A stretch of DNA of 64,000 nt from a virus (Duplodnaviria; Heunggongvirae; Uroviricota; Caudoviricetes): positions 1 through 64,000 of IMG/VR virus record IMGVR_UViG_2513237361_000012; one strand, written 5' to 3'. Positions 10,100 through 20,540 of this stretch are shown here, piece by piece. A program made the translations under genes and the position numbers. Position 1 is the stretch's first letter, and every line of letters begins with the position of its first letter. The notes below the pieces were generated by a model, which saw only the letters and a program-made list of their open reading frames with translations, was not told where the DNA came from and did not search any database.

Positions 10100-10350
10100 C
10101 AGTCGGTAATCTCCACAGGTTGCGTTGGCAGTATGAATGACGGATGGCGCAGGCGGTTACGCTGCACGATTTCATCCCGTCGGCTGGTGTCACCATGCTC
10201 GCGCCATGCCAGCAATGCGGCAGATGTGGTTGTGGTCAGCGTCACCTGCCGGGTTTCCGGCAGACGGGCGGCACGCTCGCGGGCATCCGTAATCACGGCC
10301 TGCCGTAAATCGCGCAGCGTTCGCCACAATGCCCGCTGGTTATTTTCCAC
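10099..10350 (-). CDS. Small ORF, either a separate gene or the displaced 3' part of the N-like gene
   Basis: Fills the gap between N-like ORF and next gene; frames would join with +1 nt in the G4/C4 run at 10350-10353. Confidence 0.3.
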   Translation of the reverse strand: MENNQRALWRTLRDLRQAVITDARERAARLPETRQVTLTTTTSAALLAWREHGDTSRRDEIVQRNRLRHPSFILPTQPVEITD

Positions 10351-11372
10351 CCCGCCACCGCCTGCTCATGCAGTTCAGCCGCCAGCGTGTCACCGGCAGA
10401 TAATGCCGCATCACTGGTATCGAACGTCATCGAGGCCACGGCATTTGCCTGTCCCAGCAGGGTTTCCAGCACAACCACCTGGCGGAAGTCGTCAATGTTC
10501 TTCTGCAGGCTGTCAGATACCGGCTGATAATCCGGTGACAGCCCGATAGCAAAGCCTATTTCACCGTCTGCCACGCTGCCGGGCTTCACGGTGATATCTT
10601 CCGGCAGTGCGCCGGTGGCAACCTGTCGGGCACGTTCTCCGGCCCACTGGTTGCGTAATGTCGTGTAAACCGCCAGTGCTTCGGGTGGTTCCGTCACCAG
10701 ATCAACCACGCCGTCGATGAACGAGAACAGCTCACTGACCAGACGCCCCGGTGTGGCAATGATGGTTCCGGCCATCTCCTTAAAATGGTTCAGCCTGTCC
10801 ATCCACTGATTCAGTGCTGCCGGTAACGTGGGCAGGTTAGCCACAAGGTTTTCCATATCGGCCAGAAAGCTGTCGGCCATCTCACCCAACCCGTCGAGTG
10901 CGCCGAACCAGTCGCCATCGTCAATGGCGGCTTTCACCGCATCAATGCCCGTCAGCACTTCCTGCTGCGTGTTATCCGCCGCAGACGGGAACAGGCGCTC
11001 GCCTGCCTCAAACACTTCAAAAGTGACATACGCAATGCCGTCTTCCTCCGTGCTGAGGCGATGGGTGACCTTGCCAACCTGTACGGTCTGTATCCCGAAC
11101 CACGGGTGGATAAGCTCGCCGGGGCCGGGGGTATTGAGCGCGTCTAAAAGGGCGTTTAAATCATCCTGGAAGTTTTTACCCAGCAGCTTTGCGTTAATCT
11201 GCTGTTGACCGGGAACGGCCCCGTTATCATCAGTCCAGGCGGTTTCACGCCGGGGATACGCGCGGGGAATAGCCCTGCGGCCACCGGTGCCTTCCGTATC
11301 CACCAGAAAGAAGGGGACACCGCGAAACGAGGCATCGCGCAGCCCGTCCCATTTGCCGTTACTCATTGTCAT
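10293..11372 (-). CDS. DNA circularization protein N-like
   Basis: 359 aa immediately downstream of tape measure, Mu gene order. Confidence 0.55.
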   Translation of the reverse strand: MTMSNGKWDGLRDASFRGVPFFLVDTEGTGGRRAIPRAYPRRETAWTDDNGAVPGQQQINAKLLGKNFQDDLNALLDALNTPGPGELIHPWFGIQTVQVGKVTHRLSTEEDGIAYVTFEVFEAGERLFPSAADNTQQEVLTGIDAVKAAIDDGDWFGALDGLGEMADSFLADMENLVANLPTLPAALNQWMDRLNHFKEMAGTIIATPGRLVSELFSFIDGVVDLVTEPPEALAVYTTLRNQWAGERARQVATGALPEDITVKPGSVADGEIGFAIGLSPDYQPVSDSLQKNIDDFRQVVVLETLLGQANAVASMTFDTSDAALSAGDTLAAELHEQAVAGWKITSGHCGERCAIYGRP

Positions 11373-13228
11373 TAACCCTGCTCCACACTGGTGACGCCAG
11401 CCTGCGCACTGAGTCTGACGCCGGGTTGATCCACTCTGACACTTTTCACGCGGGCGTCACCTTCCACCACCACGCGGATTTCCCCCTGCAATTGCTGCGG
11501 AAGGAAAGGATAATTCTGTGTGGGTTGCATACCTGCCCACGGTCGCGGGTCGGCAATGTTCTTGTCACCCAGCGAGTTGAACCAGTCCGTTACCTTACGC
11601 CAGACGGACTCGAGCGCTTTCTGATTGTCCTGACTCTGTTGCGCGAACTCACGCTCCCACAGGCTGGCACTGGTATCACCGGCAACGGATTTTGTAAGGC
11701 TGTCAACCTCACCCGGCAGGGCGTATTGCGTGGTCAGAAAATCGTAAAACTCCAGAGCACCGGCAATGATGCCAGCGCCTTTACCTGCCTTTCCTCCACG
11801 GTTACCCGGACCTCGTGGATTGCGAGGGTTACGGGGATTGCGCGATGGATCCGGTGTATCCGGCAGACCGCCGGTATTACCATTCATCCCGCCACTGCCC
11901 ATATTAACCACATAAACCGGCATCACACCGGAGCCGAAAACATCCGTAATGCCACCAGGTATCCCTTTGCCTTTCCCTTTGGGATTCATGATGTCGTGGA
12001 TGGTTTTACCGAACTGATACGTCTTTCTGATGGCGATAATGCCACCCAGCGCGATCGCCATATATTTACCGACCTGCAACCAGTTCTGGACAGTGTTCTG
12101 GTCCACGCTGTTGAGCGCATCCGCCAGGTCCTGAACGGGCTTTGCCAGTTGTCCTTCAGCAAAACGTTGCCATTCGTTATTCAGTGATTGCATCGCAGCA
12201 TTAAAGCCTTCGGCATTGGTCTGTGCGGCCTTTTGCGTGGAACCCAGCTCAATCGTGCCGTAAATCATTTGTTCCATCAGTTGCCGGTTTTCAGGGTTAA
12301 GCAGCGCCTTAATTCCCTGCATCCCGGTCTGATCAAACACATCCTGAAGTTTCAGCGGGTCGTATCTGGCCCGTTTAAGGATTTCCATCATCAGTTCATA
12401 GGGCTTTTTGATGTCTTTTGTGCCTTTGACAAAAACGTCAATGCCGTTTTTTTTCAGGAACTCAATGTTCTTTTTGTCCGACAGGGAAGCATACATGGCC
12501 TGAATACTGGTTACCGTCTCATCAATGCTGCCTTTGTTTTTGGCGAACACCTGAGCAAATGCCCCCATCTGGGCAATGGCTTCCGGTCCCTGATCCTGAA
12601 TGATGGAAAACAGTTTCGGGGCAGCGCGGGCAACATCGGCAACGCTTACAGACCCCACTGCGAACTGCGAATACAGCCTGTCCATCATGTTACTGACCGC
12701 ATCAGCGCCCCGGACGTTTTTTTCCCAGAACTGGGCCATCAGTCCGGCGGCAACCTGACCGTCAACGCCGAACGCCTGCATGAACACCCCCATGTTGCGC
12801 AGGTTATCCATCACATACTGATAATCACCGGTTTTCCCCAGCAGGGCATCAACCCCTTCGCCGAGGGCTGATGCATCAATACGGATATCCTGCTGATTTG
12901 ACACATCCCTGATCGCAGTTCTCAGCTCGCTGACCTGCTCTTCGGTCAGTTTTGCGTTGGTCCCCATACGCCGCATCTGGGCATCAAAATCCGCAACGCC
13001 TTTTACTGTCACGCTGCCCCCAAGCCCGGCTATGACCGCCGTGTAGCGGTTACCCAGCGCATCCAGACTGCGCCCGGCAGCCTCCGTTGTGGCTTTGACA
13101 AGGCGCATGGCCTTCTGGTTATTCCGGGCGAACTGCGACATATTTGCGCCGTATTGCCGGGCTTTGGCGGTCAGGTTCCCGGCAAGGTTGATCATGATTT
13201 CCGTGCTGAGACGGTTACCTGTTGCCAT
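11372..13228 (-). CDS. Tail tape measure protein
   Basis: 618 aa, Ala/Gln-rich with Gly-rich segment, located after tube/chaperone genes. Confidence 0.7.
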   Translation of the reverse strand: MATGNRLSTEIMINLAGNLTAKARQYGANMSQFARNNQKAMRLVKATTEAAGRSLDALGNRYTAVIAGLGGSVTVKGVADFDAQMRRMGTNAKLTEEQVSELRTAIRDVSNQQDIRIDASALGEGVDALLGKTGDYQYVMDNLRNMGVFMQAFGVDGQVAAGLMAQFWEKNVRGADAVSNMMDRLYSQFAVGSVSVADVARAAPKLFSIIQDQGPEAIAQMGAFAQVFAKNKGSIDETVTSIQAMYASLSDKKNIEFLKKNGIDVFVKGTKDIKKPYELMMEILKRARYDPLKLQDVFDQTGMQGIKALLNPENRQLMEQMIYGTIELGSTQKAAQTNAEGFNAAMQSLNNEWQRFAEGQLAKPVQDLADALNSVDQNTVQNWLQVGKYMAIALGGIIAIRKTYQFGKTIHDIMNPKGKGKGIPGGITDVFGSGVMPVYVVNMGSGGMNGNTGGLPDTPDPSRNPRNPRNPRGPGNRGGKAGKGAGIIAGALEFYDFLTTQYALPGEVDSLTKSVAGDTSASLWEREFAQQSQDNQKALESVWRKVTDWFNSLGDKNIADPRPWAGMQPTQNYPFLPQQLQGEIRVVVEGDARVKSVRVDQPGVRLSAQAGVTSVEQG

Positions 13229-13314
13229 GCTGTTTCTCCAGTTGCTTTATCAGGCGGAACAGCTGCCGCAAGGGCAGCTGTTCCAGGTACTGAATACTGA
13301 ATCTCTGGGACAGG

Positions 13315-13710
13315 TTAACCAGCAGGTTCATCAGTGCCGCCGCCAGCGGCATCAGTTCGCCCCCGCGTTGCCACCTCCTCAAGCATCTCATCCAGCGCAG
13401 CAGCTTTCGTGCTGATAAGCTCAAGGTCTGCCGGGTGGAGCATTCGCAGCTGTTTCATGTCCAGTGGGCCGGGAATGCTGCCGATGGCCGCAACCTGACG
13501 GCGCATCATCTCCAGCCCCATCAGCACTTCTGAGCAGTAGGCCACCGCCTTTCCGTTCCCGCCCATGACGACGCGTTCTGCGGCCAGTTGCGCATCAATC
13601 ACATCACTGGCAGTCAGTTCGCGCAGCTTCACGGTTTTATGCAGGGTTTCATCTGCCGTGCCTTTGCCGGTCAGAAGCCCGTGTTTCAGTTCAAATTCCA
13701 TTTCAGCCAT
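13315..13710 (-). CDS. Tail assembly chaperone-like protein
   Basis: 131 aa between tail tube and tape measure. Confidence 0.45.
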   Translation of the reverse strand: MAEMEFELKHGLLTGKGTADETLHKTVKLRELTASDVIDAQLAAERVVMGGNGKAVAYCSEVLMGLEMMRRQVAAIGSIPGPLDMKQLRMLHPADLELISTKAAALDEMLEEVATRGRTDAAGGGTDEPAG

Positions 13711-13711
13711 G

Positions 13712-14068
13712 TCACACCTTCACGCATTTTTCACCGATAAAGTTGGCACTGATGGTGCCGGAATCCTCGTCCAGCTCCGCCGGGTTATCCGTGGCGGAAC
13801 CCGTCATCATGTAGTTCAGGCCGTTGTCGCCGTAGAACATCACCGTGACATCTTCCCAGCTGCTGATTTCAATCACGTCCATATCCGCTGCCGCTGCAAT
13901 GGTCACCTTGATGGACGGCGAGGCCATCTTGCTGGAGATGCCCCAGACCTTGCCGCCGCCCATATGCTGGGTGCGGCTGAAGCCGCCCGGGTTCAGCGTG
14001 GATTTCCCCTCGGTTTTAATTTCGCGGCCATTCACGCGAATGGTCGCCATGCCAAGAATTTTTGCCAT
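13712..14068 (-). CDS. Tail tube protein
   Basis: 118 aa directly downstream of sheath gene. Confidence 0.65.
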   Translation of the reverse strand: MAKILGMATIRVNGREIKTEGKSTLNPGGFSRTQHMGGGKVWGISSKMASPSIKVTIAAAADMDVIEISSWEDVTVMFYGDNGLNYMMTGSATDNPAELDEDSGTISANFIGEKCVKV

Positions 14069-14077
14069 GCGGCCCCC

Positions 14078-15553
14078 TTAAAGTTTGAACTGAATCAGGC
14101 CTGCCAGCACACGCAGCTGGTTCACCAGATTCGGGTGGCAGATAAAGTTCAGGCGGTTTTTATCGCTGCTGTCGCGTGTCACCTGAAGCGTGTCCTTGTA
14201 ATCGCTGAAGTTCTCCACAAGGCCCGCCGGGAGAAGTTCGGTCTGGCAGATATCCAGCAGCTCTGCGGTGCACAGCTTCGGCGTCATCACCGGCTGCCCC
14301 GCATCCAGCGAGTCCAGCACGTCATCATCCGCCAGCTTGTGGCGCGGATAACGGTTCGTGAAACGGTTCTTGATGATGTAACGGATACGGCCCAGCGTGG
14401 CTGGTGACTGCACATCCAGGTACGACACATCCGCATCACCGTACTGGTTAACCCGGTACATGGTGATTTCTCGCTCGATGCAGACGTTATCACCGGCGTC
14501 CACCATGTGTGTGGCAATGCCGTCATGCAGCAGCAGGTTACGTTCCGGCATATCCCAGCGAACATTACGCGCAGGCGGCAGAATGCCGGTCAGAACCAGC
14601 GTCTGAAGCGGACGTGCCGGGTCAATGGCGAGGTAATACGCTGCCGTTGCGCCGTATGACGCGGCCCACATCCACGCCGGGTGCGGTGACAGGTTGGTGC
14701 CGATACAGCTAATCAGCCAGTCATTGCGGGTTTCACCAAACGTACCGGTTTCCCCGTGTGTGCCACGAAACGCCGTCCACAGCTGCGCTTCCATCATCTT
14801 GAGCGGCCCCCAGCGGTTCAGCAGTTCATCACGCAGGGTGTTCAGGCTTTTCGTGTCGGTGAACGGGGCGATGATATCGGTAAACCACTCCGGGCCGATG
14901 GCCGCAACGGCACCCGCCATTTCCGGTGTCCCGGTGCCGCCGGTAAACGCGGTGGCTGTCACCTTCACACCTGCCGGGAAGGCTTCTCCGGTGTAGTAGT
15001 TCAGGCGAACGTCGGCACCGTTGCCGGTGACGCCGTGCCAGTTCATGGTCAGCTCCACGGTATCCGTGGCATCATCCTTCACCGCAGCGGCCACCTGCGT
15101 GGCAGGCTTTTTCGTCACCGCATCAGCAATGGCTTTTGCAATGTTTTCCTTCGTGTCCCCGGCGCTCACGCTCACCTGAACGGAGACACCGTTAATCAGC
15201 AGCGCCATCGTTCCGGCCTCAGTCGCTGTACCCAGCACGGTCAGCGTGGCTTTTGCGGCAGCGCCTTCTGGCGCGGCAACCGGCATTGCCCAGGTTTCCG
15301 TGTACGTGTTGGCACGACGCAGCATTTTGAGCATTTCAGCCAGCATCGACCCTTTGCCATAAAGCTGGTCTGCCTGGCTGTCACTGGTGATGCGGGTCAG
15401 TGACAGGGCGTCTGCGCTGCCGGACGATACCGCATGGCCCATGACCAGAATTTTTCGGCTTTGCGCGGATGCACCATCCAGCGCCTGTGAATTGTCGATA
15501 TCGATCCAGACAAGCGGGACGCGGATATCATCAGGAATTGAACCCAGCGACAT
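14078..15553 (-). CDS. Contractile tail sheath protein
   Basis: 491 aa, sheath-like sequence and position ahead of tube gene. Confidence 0.8.
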   Translation of the reverse strand: MSLGSIPDDIRVPLVWIDIDNSQALDGASAQSRKILVMGHAVSSGSADALSLTRITSDSQADQLYGKGSMLAEMLKMLRRANTYTETWAMPVAAPEGAAAKATLTVLGTATEAGTMALLINGVSVQVSVSAGDTKENIAKAIADAVTKKPATQVAAAVKDDATDTVELTMNWHGVTGNGADVRLNYYTGEAFPAGVKVTATAFTGGTGTPEMAGAVAAIGPEWFTDIIAPFTDTKSLNTLRDELLNRWGPLKMMEAQLWTAFRGTHGETGTFGETRNDWLISCIGTNLSPHPAWMWAASYGATAAYYLAIDPARPLQTLVLTGILPPARNVRWDMPERNLLLHDGIATHMVDAGDNVCIEREITMYRVNQYGDADVSYLDVQSPATLGRIRYIIKNRFTNRYPRHKLADDDVLDSLDAGQPVMTPKLCTAELLDICQTELLPAGLVENFSDYKDTLQVTRDSSDKNRLNFICHPNLVNQLRVLAGLIQFKL

Positions 15554-15753
15554 TATTTTTTCCCTCTGGTTTTGTTGTTATTTTTCGTAAGTGTGGTTAT
15601 TTCCACATCTCCCTCGGCTTCACGGCGCAGCCAGTAAGCGCAGACGTCGAGACGTTCCCCTTCCGGAGATAAATGCGCGCCATCCGGTTTACGGACACGG
15701 ACGTTTTCCCGCGCTGGCTTAATCAGTTTCTGTTCCATCGTCACCCCGTACAT
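15553..15753 (-). CDS. Small hypothetical virion-module protein
   Basis: 66-aa ORF in conserved position between head and tail modules. Confidence 0.35.
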   Translation of the reverse strand: MYGVTMEQKLIKPARENVRVRKPDGAHLSPEGERLDVCAYWLRREAEGDVEITTLTKNNNKTRGKK

Positions 15754-16330
15754 GGATCACGTCGTTAATTTCAGTGTATTCACCGCTACGCAGCGTTGCC
15801 CCGAGGCGCAGGAAGTCCGGGAGCGCGGCGAGATCAATCTCTTCATCCAGCTGAAATTCCTGCTCCCACGTCACCGCCCACATGGTGACGCCCAGCCCGT
15901 CGAGGCTGGCGGAGTAAATGTTGTCTGCCCGCACATCAGCAGCCAGGCGTTCAGCCCCCATGCCCCCGGTGGCATCCGACGACAACAGGCGTTTGATCAC
16001 CTTTCCGGCCAGCACTTCACAGCGCACGTCGCGGGAATACCCCCACGAATCCGTCGCCATGATGTAAGCCACCCAGGTGACCAGACCGGACAGTCCGCCG
16101 CGCGGGTTGATATCCCGGACACGCAGGGCAGCTATTCGGATACAGCCGGTACGACCGGACAGATAGCGCTTCACTTCTTCCGGGCTGTTGAACTGGCCGA
16201 TGTGACGCTCCACCACGTCGGCCCGGTCAGGGGTTTTCCCCTGAAGTGCTGTTTTCAGCCAGGCCACAATGCGCTCTGCGGCCGCAACGGTGCTCCCCGG
16301 TGTGCGCAGTTCAGGGCGTTGTTCTGTCAT
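15719..16330 (-). CDS. Hypothetical head-tail joining protein (Mu gp37 position)
   Basis: 203-aa ORF, synteny only. Confidence 0.45.
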   Translation of the reverse strand: MTEQRPELRTPGSTVAAAERIVAWLKTALQGKTPDRADVVERHIGQFNSPEEVKRYLSGRTGCIRIAALRVRDINPRGGLSGLVTWVAYIMATDSWGYSRDVRCEVLAGKVIKRLLSSDATGGMGAERLAADVRADNIYSASLDGLGVTMWAVTWEQEFQLDEEIDLAALPDFLRLGATLRSGEYTEINDVIHVRGDDGTETD

Positions 16331-16872
16331 GGCAGAACCTCCTTCCAGAAATGACTGATAACCTGTTGCAGCTCCTGCTGGTTGGCAGAAGACAGCCCCA
16401 GAAATTCTCGTTGCGGAATGTTCATCATGCGGTTATGTGCGCCGACGGTCTGCCAGACCGGATATTTCAGCGCCCGCCCGAAACACTGCGAGATAAGCCG
16501 TTTGTGGGCGCTGACCGGCACACTGCCGGAAAAGCCGTCATTCATGATGCGGGCATAATCCAGCGGTGAACCGATACGCACCACGCGGTTTTCCACGATG
16601 TACTGGATACTCTCCAGCAGATGGCCTTCACCGCGCAGCAGACTCTGGTTGCCGTGGCGGGTCTTTTTGTACCCGTCAGACCAGTCTGGCCAGCGTTCGC
16701 CACCCGGACTGGTTTTCTCATCGATGATGCGGCGGCGGGTCTGTGATTCCACCACCGCACCGATGCTCTCCAGCAGCTCTGCCTGCAATGAACCATCTGC
16801 CAGCTTTTCAACGGCGCGGCGGATATCCTCCAGACGCTGGTCACCGCTGACCTGTACAGAAATCCCCATCAC
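16327..16872 (-). CDS. Virion morphogenesis protein (Mu G-like)
   Basis: 181 aa, synteny downstream of major head gene cluster. Confidence 0.5.
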   Translation of the reverse strand: MMGISVQVSGDQRLEDIRRAVEKLADGSLQAELLESIGAVVESQTRRRIIDEKTSPGGERWPDWSDGYKKTRHGNQSLLRGEGHLLESIQYIVENRVVRIGSPLDYARIMNDGFSGSVPVSAHKRLISQCFGRALKYPVWQTVGAHNRMMNIPQREFLGLSSANQQELQQVISHFWKEVLP

Positions 16873-17306
16873 AGCACCCCTTTCAGGTTGTTACGGGTGA
16901 ACAGCCGGGCATTGGCACCCACCACAATGATTTTCCCGTGGTCGGTTTCTGCCGGGGTGGCATACGTTGGCAGACCCAGGTCACGGGTGCCGTTCGCCAT
17001 CTCACGCAGGGTTTTAATGGCGTCGTCGTAGCGTTTCTGGATCAGCTCCGTGATTTGATTGTCACGCTCTGATAGCCAGTAAAACGCCAGCGATACCGCC
17101 ACGCGTTGCAGCGGGCGCGGGATTTCCGTCACCCCCAGCGGCAGCTGGTAGCGGCGGGACAGAAACGAATCAATTTCCGCTTCGGCATCACTGATGGCCT
17201 GACGGATTTTGTCTTCATCCAGTTCGTTGGTTTCCCGGTTAATCGCCATGTTCCAGACAAGATTGCCGTCCGCGCGTAACAGGTCTTCCTGCGTGATATA
17301 CCCCAT
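16869..17306 (-). CDS. Hypothetical head protein (Mu gp36 position)
   Basis: 145-aa ORF, synteny only. Confidence 0.45.
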   Translation of the reverse strand: MGYITQEDLLRADGNLVWNMAINRETNELDEDKIRQAISDAEAEIDSFLSRRYQLPLGVTEIPRPLQRVAVSLAFYWLSERDNQITELIQKRYDDAIKTLREMANGTRDLGLPTYATPAETDHGKIIVVGANARLFTRNNLKGVL

Positions 17307-17617
17307 CAGCCTTTCTCCGCTTCCCGGACAATCAGATTCGGCTCTGCCATCAGGCGGGTGGCAACCGCAGCGGTCACCGCCACATCCTCACCGGCATGTG
17401 ACCAGAAACGGCCACAGCGCCAGAACCCGTTTTCAGACACGGCCCGGACGTTCAGCCGGACAGGGGCGTCACCCTGTACAGTAACCGGGTCTTCAGCCGG
17501 ACGTGGTTCATTCGCCTGACCGTCAGCCACAATAACGTCTGCCAGCGGTGCCGGGTTTTCCTGTGCTGCGCTGTTCTTTGCGGCTTTCGCGCCTTTGGTT
17601 CCTGCTTTTTCACTCAT
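17306..17617 (-). CDS. Hypothetical head-associated protein
   Basis: 103 aa, Ala-rich, directly downstream of major head gene. Confidence 0.4.
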   Translation of the reverse strand: MSEKAGTKGAKAAKNSAAQENPAPLADVIVADGQANEPRPAEDPVTVQGDAPVRLNVRAVSENGFWRCGRFWSHAGEDVAVTAAVATRLMAEPNLIVREAEKG

Positions 17618-17698
17618 GACTCTGCCTTTTAAAAGGCAGTTAAAAGGGCATTCACAGCGCCTTTTAACTGCGGGTTACAACAGATTACGGATGACGGG

Positions 17699-18601
17699 TT
17701 ATGCCGGGGTGGTGATGAACGGACTGACCACGATGTCCACATCCTTGTACCAGATGTTGGAATCGCCGCCGTTAACCAGCATGGCGTCAATGATGCGCTT
17801 CGCGGCTGCACGGTTTTTCGGCCCCACCACAAGGGTGGTCGGGCGGATGCCCAGCGGTTCACCGTTGGTGGCCTTCATACCCAGCAGCAGATTGCTGGCC
17901 TTCTCGTAGTTCTCCGCTGTCAGTGCCGCACGGGAACCGACGGCGGTCTGCCAGAAGCCGAAGCCCGCATTGCAGCGACCGTCCACCCCGTAAAGGAACT
18001 CGTTATTCTTGAAGGTGTGCTCGCTGTTCAGATCATCCAGGGCTTCAAACTTAAAGGCGCGTCGCGTCTGCCAGATGATGGGTTTCAGTACCTGAGAATC
18101 ATCAATCAGAAACCACGGTTCCCCCTGGTCTGATGCCGGGGTGCCGACAACGTTGCTGTATGTGCCGTCGCCCAGCGGGTGGTCTTCATCAAAGAAGTTC
18201 TGACCGTCAAAACACAGGGTGTTAAACCCGGCACACAGCAGGGGGTAACACAGCTTGTCCGGGAACTCCGACGTCTGGCGGCCATAGCGTTCAGCGATAA
18301 TGCTGTACTGACCAATCTGATCGTCTTCAATGTGTTCGCGTTTAACGCGGATCGAACTTTCCCAGGTTTTGTTCGCAAGGGTGTAACCATAACCGTCCAG
18401 CGTTGCCATCTGACGGGCGCTGACCCATTCCTTAATCTCCGGTAAATCTTTCATCCAGCCGTAGGTATTGGAGGCGGACGAACTCGGGATTTCAGAGGCG
18501 ATGCGCTGCCACTGTGGGGTGACACCACTCAGCCCACGGGTATAAGCGGCGCTCAGACAGGTGGTCAGCGCGTGAAGGACTTCGGAAGTGACTGCTCCCA
18601 T
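17699..18601 (-). CDS. Major head (capsid) protein, Mu T-like
   Basis: 300 aa, located after protease/scaffold gene. Confidence 0.75.
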   Translation of the reverse strand: MGAVTSEVLHALTTCLSAAYTRGLSGVTPQWQRIASEIPSSSASNTYGWMKDLPEIKEWVSARQMATLDGYGYTLANKTWESSIRVKREHIEDDQIGQYSIIAERYGRQTSEFPDKLCYPLLCAGFNTLCFDGQNFFDEDHPLGDGTYSNVVGTPASDQGEPWFLIDDSQVLKPIIWQTRRAFKFEALDDLNSEHTFKNNEFLYGVDGRCNAGFGFWQTAVGSRAALTAENYEKASNLLLGMKATNGEPLGIRPTTLVVGPKNRAAAKRIIDAMLVNGGDSNIWYKDVDIVVSPFITTPA

Positions 18602-19563
18602 CAGTTATTCTCCTGTTTCGGTTTAGCGGCGAGGAACTCTTCCCCGGTAATACCCATGCTGCGGCACATCGCCAGTTCGGCGTCGGTCAGTGTCTGCGCG
18701 GGTTTATCCTTGCCCTGGCTGGGCTTGTCGTTGTTCACCAGCGGCTGTGCACCTTTGGTGTATTCCGCAAACTGTTTGCGGCCTTCTTCCGTGCGGCAGG
18801 TGGCAAGGAACATGTCACGGTTTGCCGGGGCCACTTTTCCGGCTTCGATGGCCGCATCCACAAGCGCTTCTGCTTCCTTCTCCTCCAGTTGCTGAAGGCG
18901 TTGTTCTGCGGTTTCGGCACGGTTCAGTGCCAGATTGTGGGTTTCCACCGGTACAAACTTCGTCAGGTCAGGTGTCTGTGCGCGGTTCAGCGCCACCTGT
19001 TCGTTCTCCTGAAGTTGTTTAATGGCAGCCACGGTATCGTCCACCGTGGCAGATTCAGCCAGCCCAAGCAGGCCGGTGATTTGCACAGGTACTGTCATCG
19101 GGTTTTTCTCCGTATTCAGTGCAGGAAAGTCCAGGTTAGGTTTGTTGGTCAGCCCGACGCTGGACAGGCGCGTCACCACACCCTCCGCGTCAAAGAAAAA
19201 CGCCGGGCTGTAATAGCGGTAACGGCGTTCGCTCAGCATCCACCGGGCGTACTCGCTCCAGACAACACGGCCTTCAATGGTGCCGCTGTCCGTCACGCGC
19301 AGTTCTTCCACCCAGCCATACGCCGGGGCTTCATCACCGCGTTGCCCTTTAATTTCGGTGGCGTGTTCAATGTCCACCGGAATTTTGATGTCGGACGAGC
19401 GGGTGACCACCTCATGCGGATTGCGGTTAATCCACGTCCGGCCATCGCGCCCGGTGAACTCACCCGCAGGGACGAGTTCAAGCCATTCCGGCAGTTGAGC
19501 AGGTGTCAGCTCAGGGATGGGTTCTGGCAGGGAAAAACACAGCGCCAGCAGTTCCGGTTGCAT
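18601..19563 (-). CDS. Head protease/scaffold protein, Mu I-like
   Basis: 320 aa with coiled-coil C-terminal half, upstream of major head gene. Confidence 0.7.
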   Translation of the reverse strand: MQPELLALCFSLPEPIPELTPAQLPEWLELVPAGEFTGRDGRTWINRNPHEVVTRSSDIKIPVDIEHATEIKGQRGDEAPAYGWVEELRVTDSGTIEGRVVWSEYARWMLSERRYRYYSPAFFFDAEGVVTRLSSVGLTNKPNLDFPALNTEKNPMTVPVQITGLLGLAESATVDDTVAAIKQLQENEQVALNRAQTPDLTKFVPVETHNLALNRAETAEQRLQQLEEKEAEALVDAAIEAGKVAPANRDMFLATCRTEEGRKQFAEYTKGAQPLVNNDKPSQGKDKPAQTLTDAELAMCRSMGITGEEFLAAKPKQENN

Positions 19564-19610
19564 GTCAGTCTCCGTCGTTTGGGGTTACCGACGGTAAGTA
19601 TGCGGAAGGC

Positions 19611-19641
19611 AGAAAAAAAGCCGGATTTACCGGCTTCACTG
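19611..19641 (-). terminator. Rho-independent terminator-like hairpin
   Basis: AAGCCGG-ATTTA-CCGGCTT stem-loop followed by T-run on minus strand; identical element at 27343-27372. Confidence 0.5.
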
Positions 19642-19776
19642 AAAACGGGGAAATACCCCCTTCAAAACCCCTTCAAAAACGCCACAGCATCTTCAAAAAC
19701 GTCAGAATGCACATTCACGCCATCAGAATAAAAAACGCGTTTCTGATGCGTTTCAGGGGGATTTACGGCGGGAGGG

Positions 19777-20540
19777 TTACTCACTGTCAAAACGGGCCTG
19801 TTTTGTCGCCAGCTGGCGCGCCAGCTCCTGCTCACGGTTTATGCCGGGATTGTAGTTCCAGCCCGGATCAATCCCTTCCGGCACATCTTCCTCTTCGCCC
19901 GTGCGTTTGTTCACCCAGCGGACAGTTCTGATTTCCGGCGCTTCGGTGTGAATGGTGCCCTGTGCCGCCAGTTGCGCATATTCACCACGGCTGACCTGAC
20001 GGATGGTGCATTTGCAGCCCCAGCCGTTAGGGGCGAAATGCGTCTGCCAGAACGGGTGGTCTACAGGCAGACACAGACGCGCCCATTTCACATGCTCCGC
20101 CCGGTGGTCGCGGGATGGCCCCAGCTCGTAAATCAGATACGGCATGGCCCGCTTTGTCCGTTGAATGCGTTCCCACTGGCCCGCCGCGCGGGCGGTGCGC
20201 ATGTTGGTATCGTAAATCGTGCGGAGGCGGCGGTCGCTGCCCAGCTGTACGGTTCGGGTTTCGCCCGTCAGCGGATCATCCATCTCCTGTACGCCCCACC
20301 ATCCGCGTTTTATCAGCAGCGGTTGCAGCGCCTCCCGGAACTCGCTGAACGTCTGCCCGCTTTGCAGGGCGTCTTCCACAAGGGCTTTCACATCCGACAA
20401 CAAATCCAGTTGCAGCATTTTTGCCACGGTGAAGCTGTTCCGGTGTTCTTCCCGCCATACATCCCGGTAATCAAAACCGGGGCGCAGCTTCTTCGCCTTC
20501 AGCCACGCCAGCGCCTCTTTCGGGATGAGAGTTTCACGCA
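19777..20540 (-). CDS. Head morphogenesis protein, Mu F-like
   Basis: Downstream of portal gene, Mu F-like; start taken at MRETLIP. Confidence 0.65.

Noticed and set aside
13565-14407. 280-aa plus-strand ORF and several other long plus-strand ORFs within 11000-24000
   Set aside because: Lie antisense to well-supported, tightly packed head and tail genes in a high-GC region where spurious long ORFs are expected
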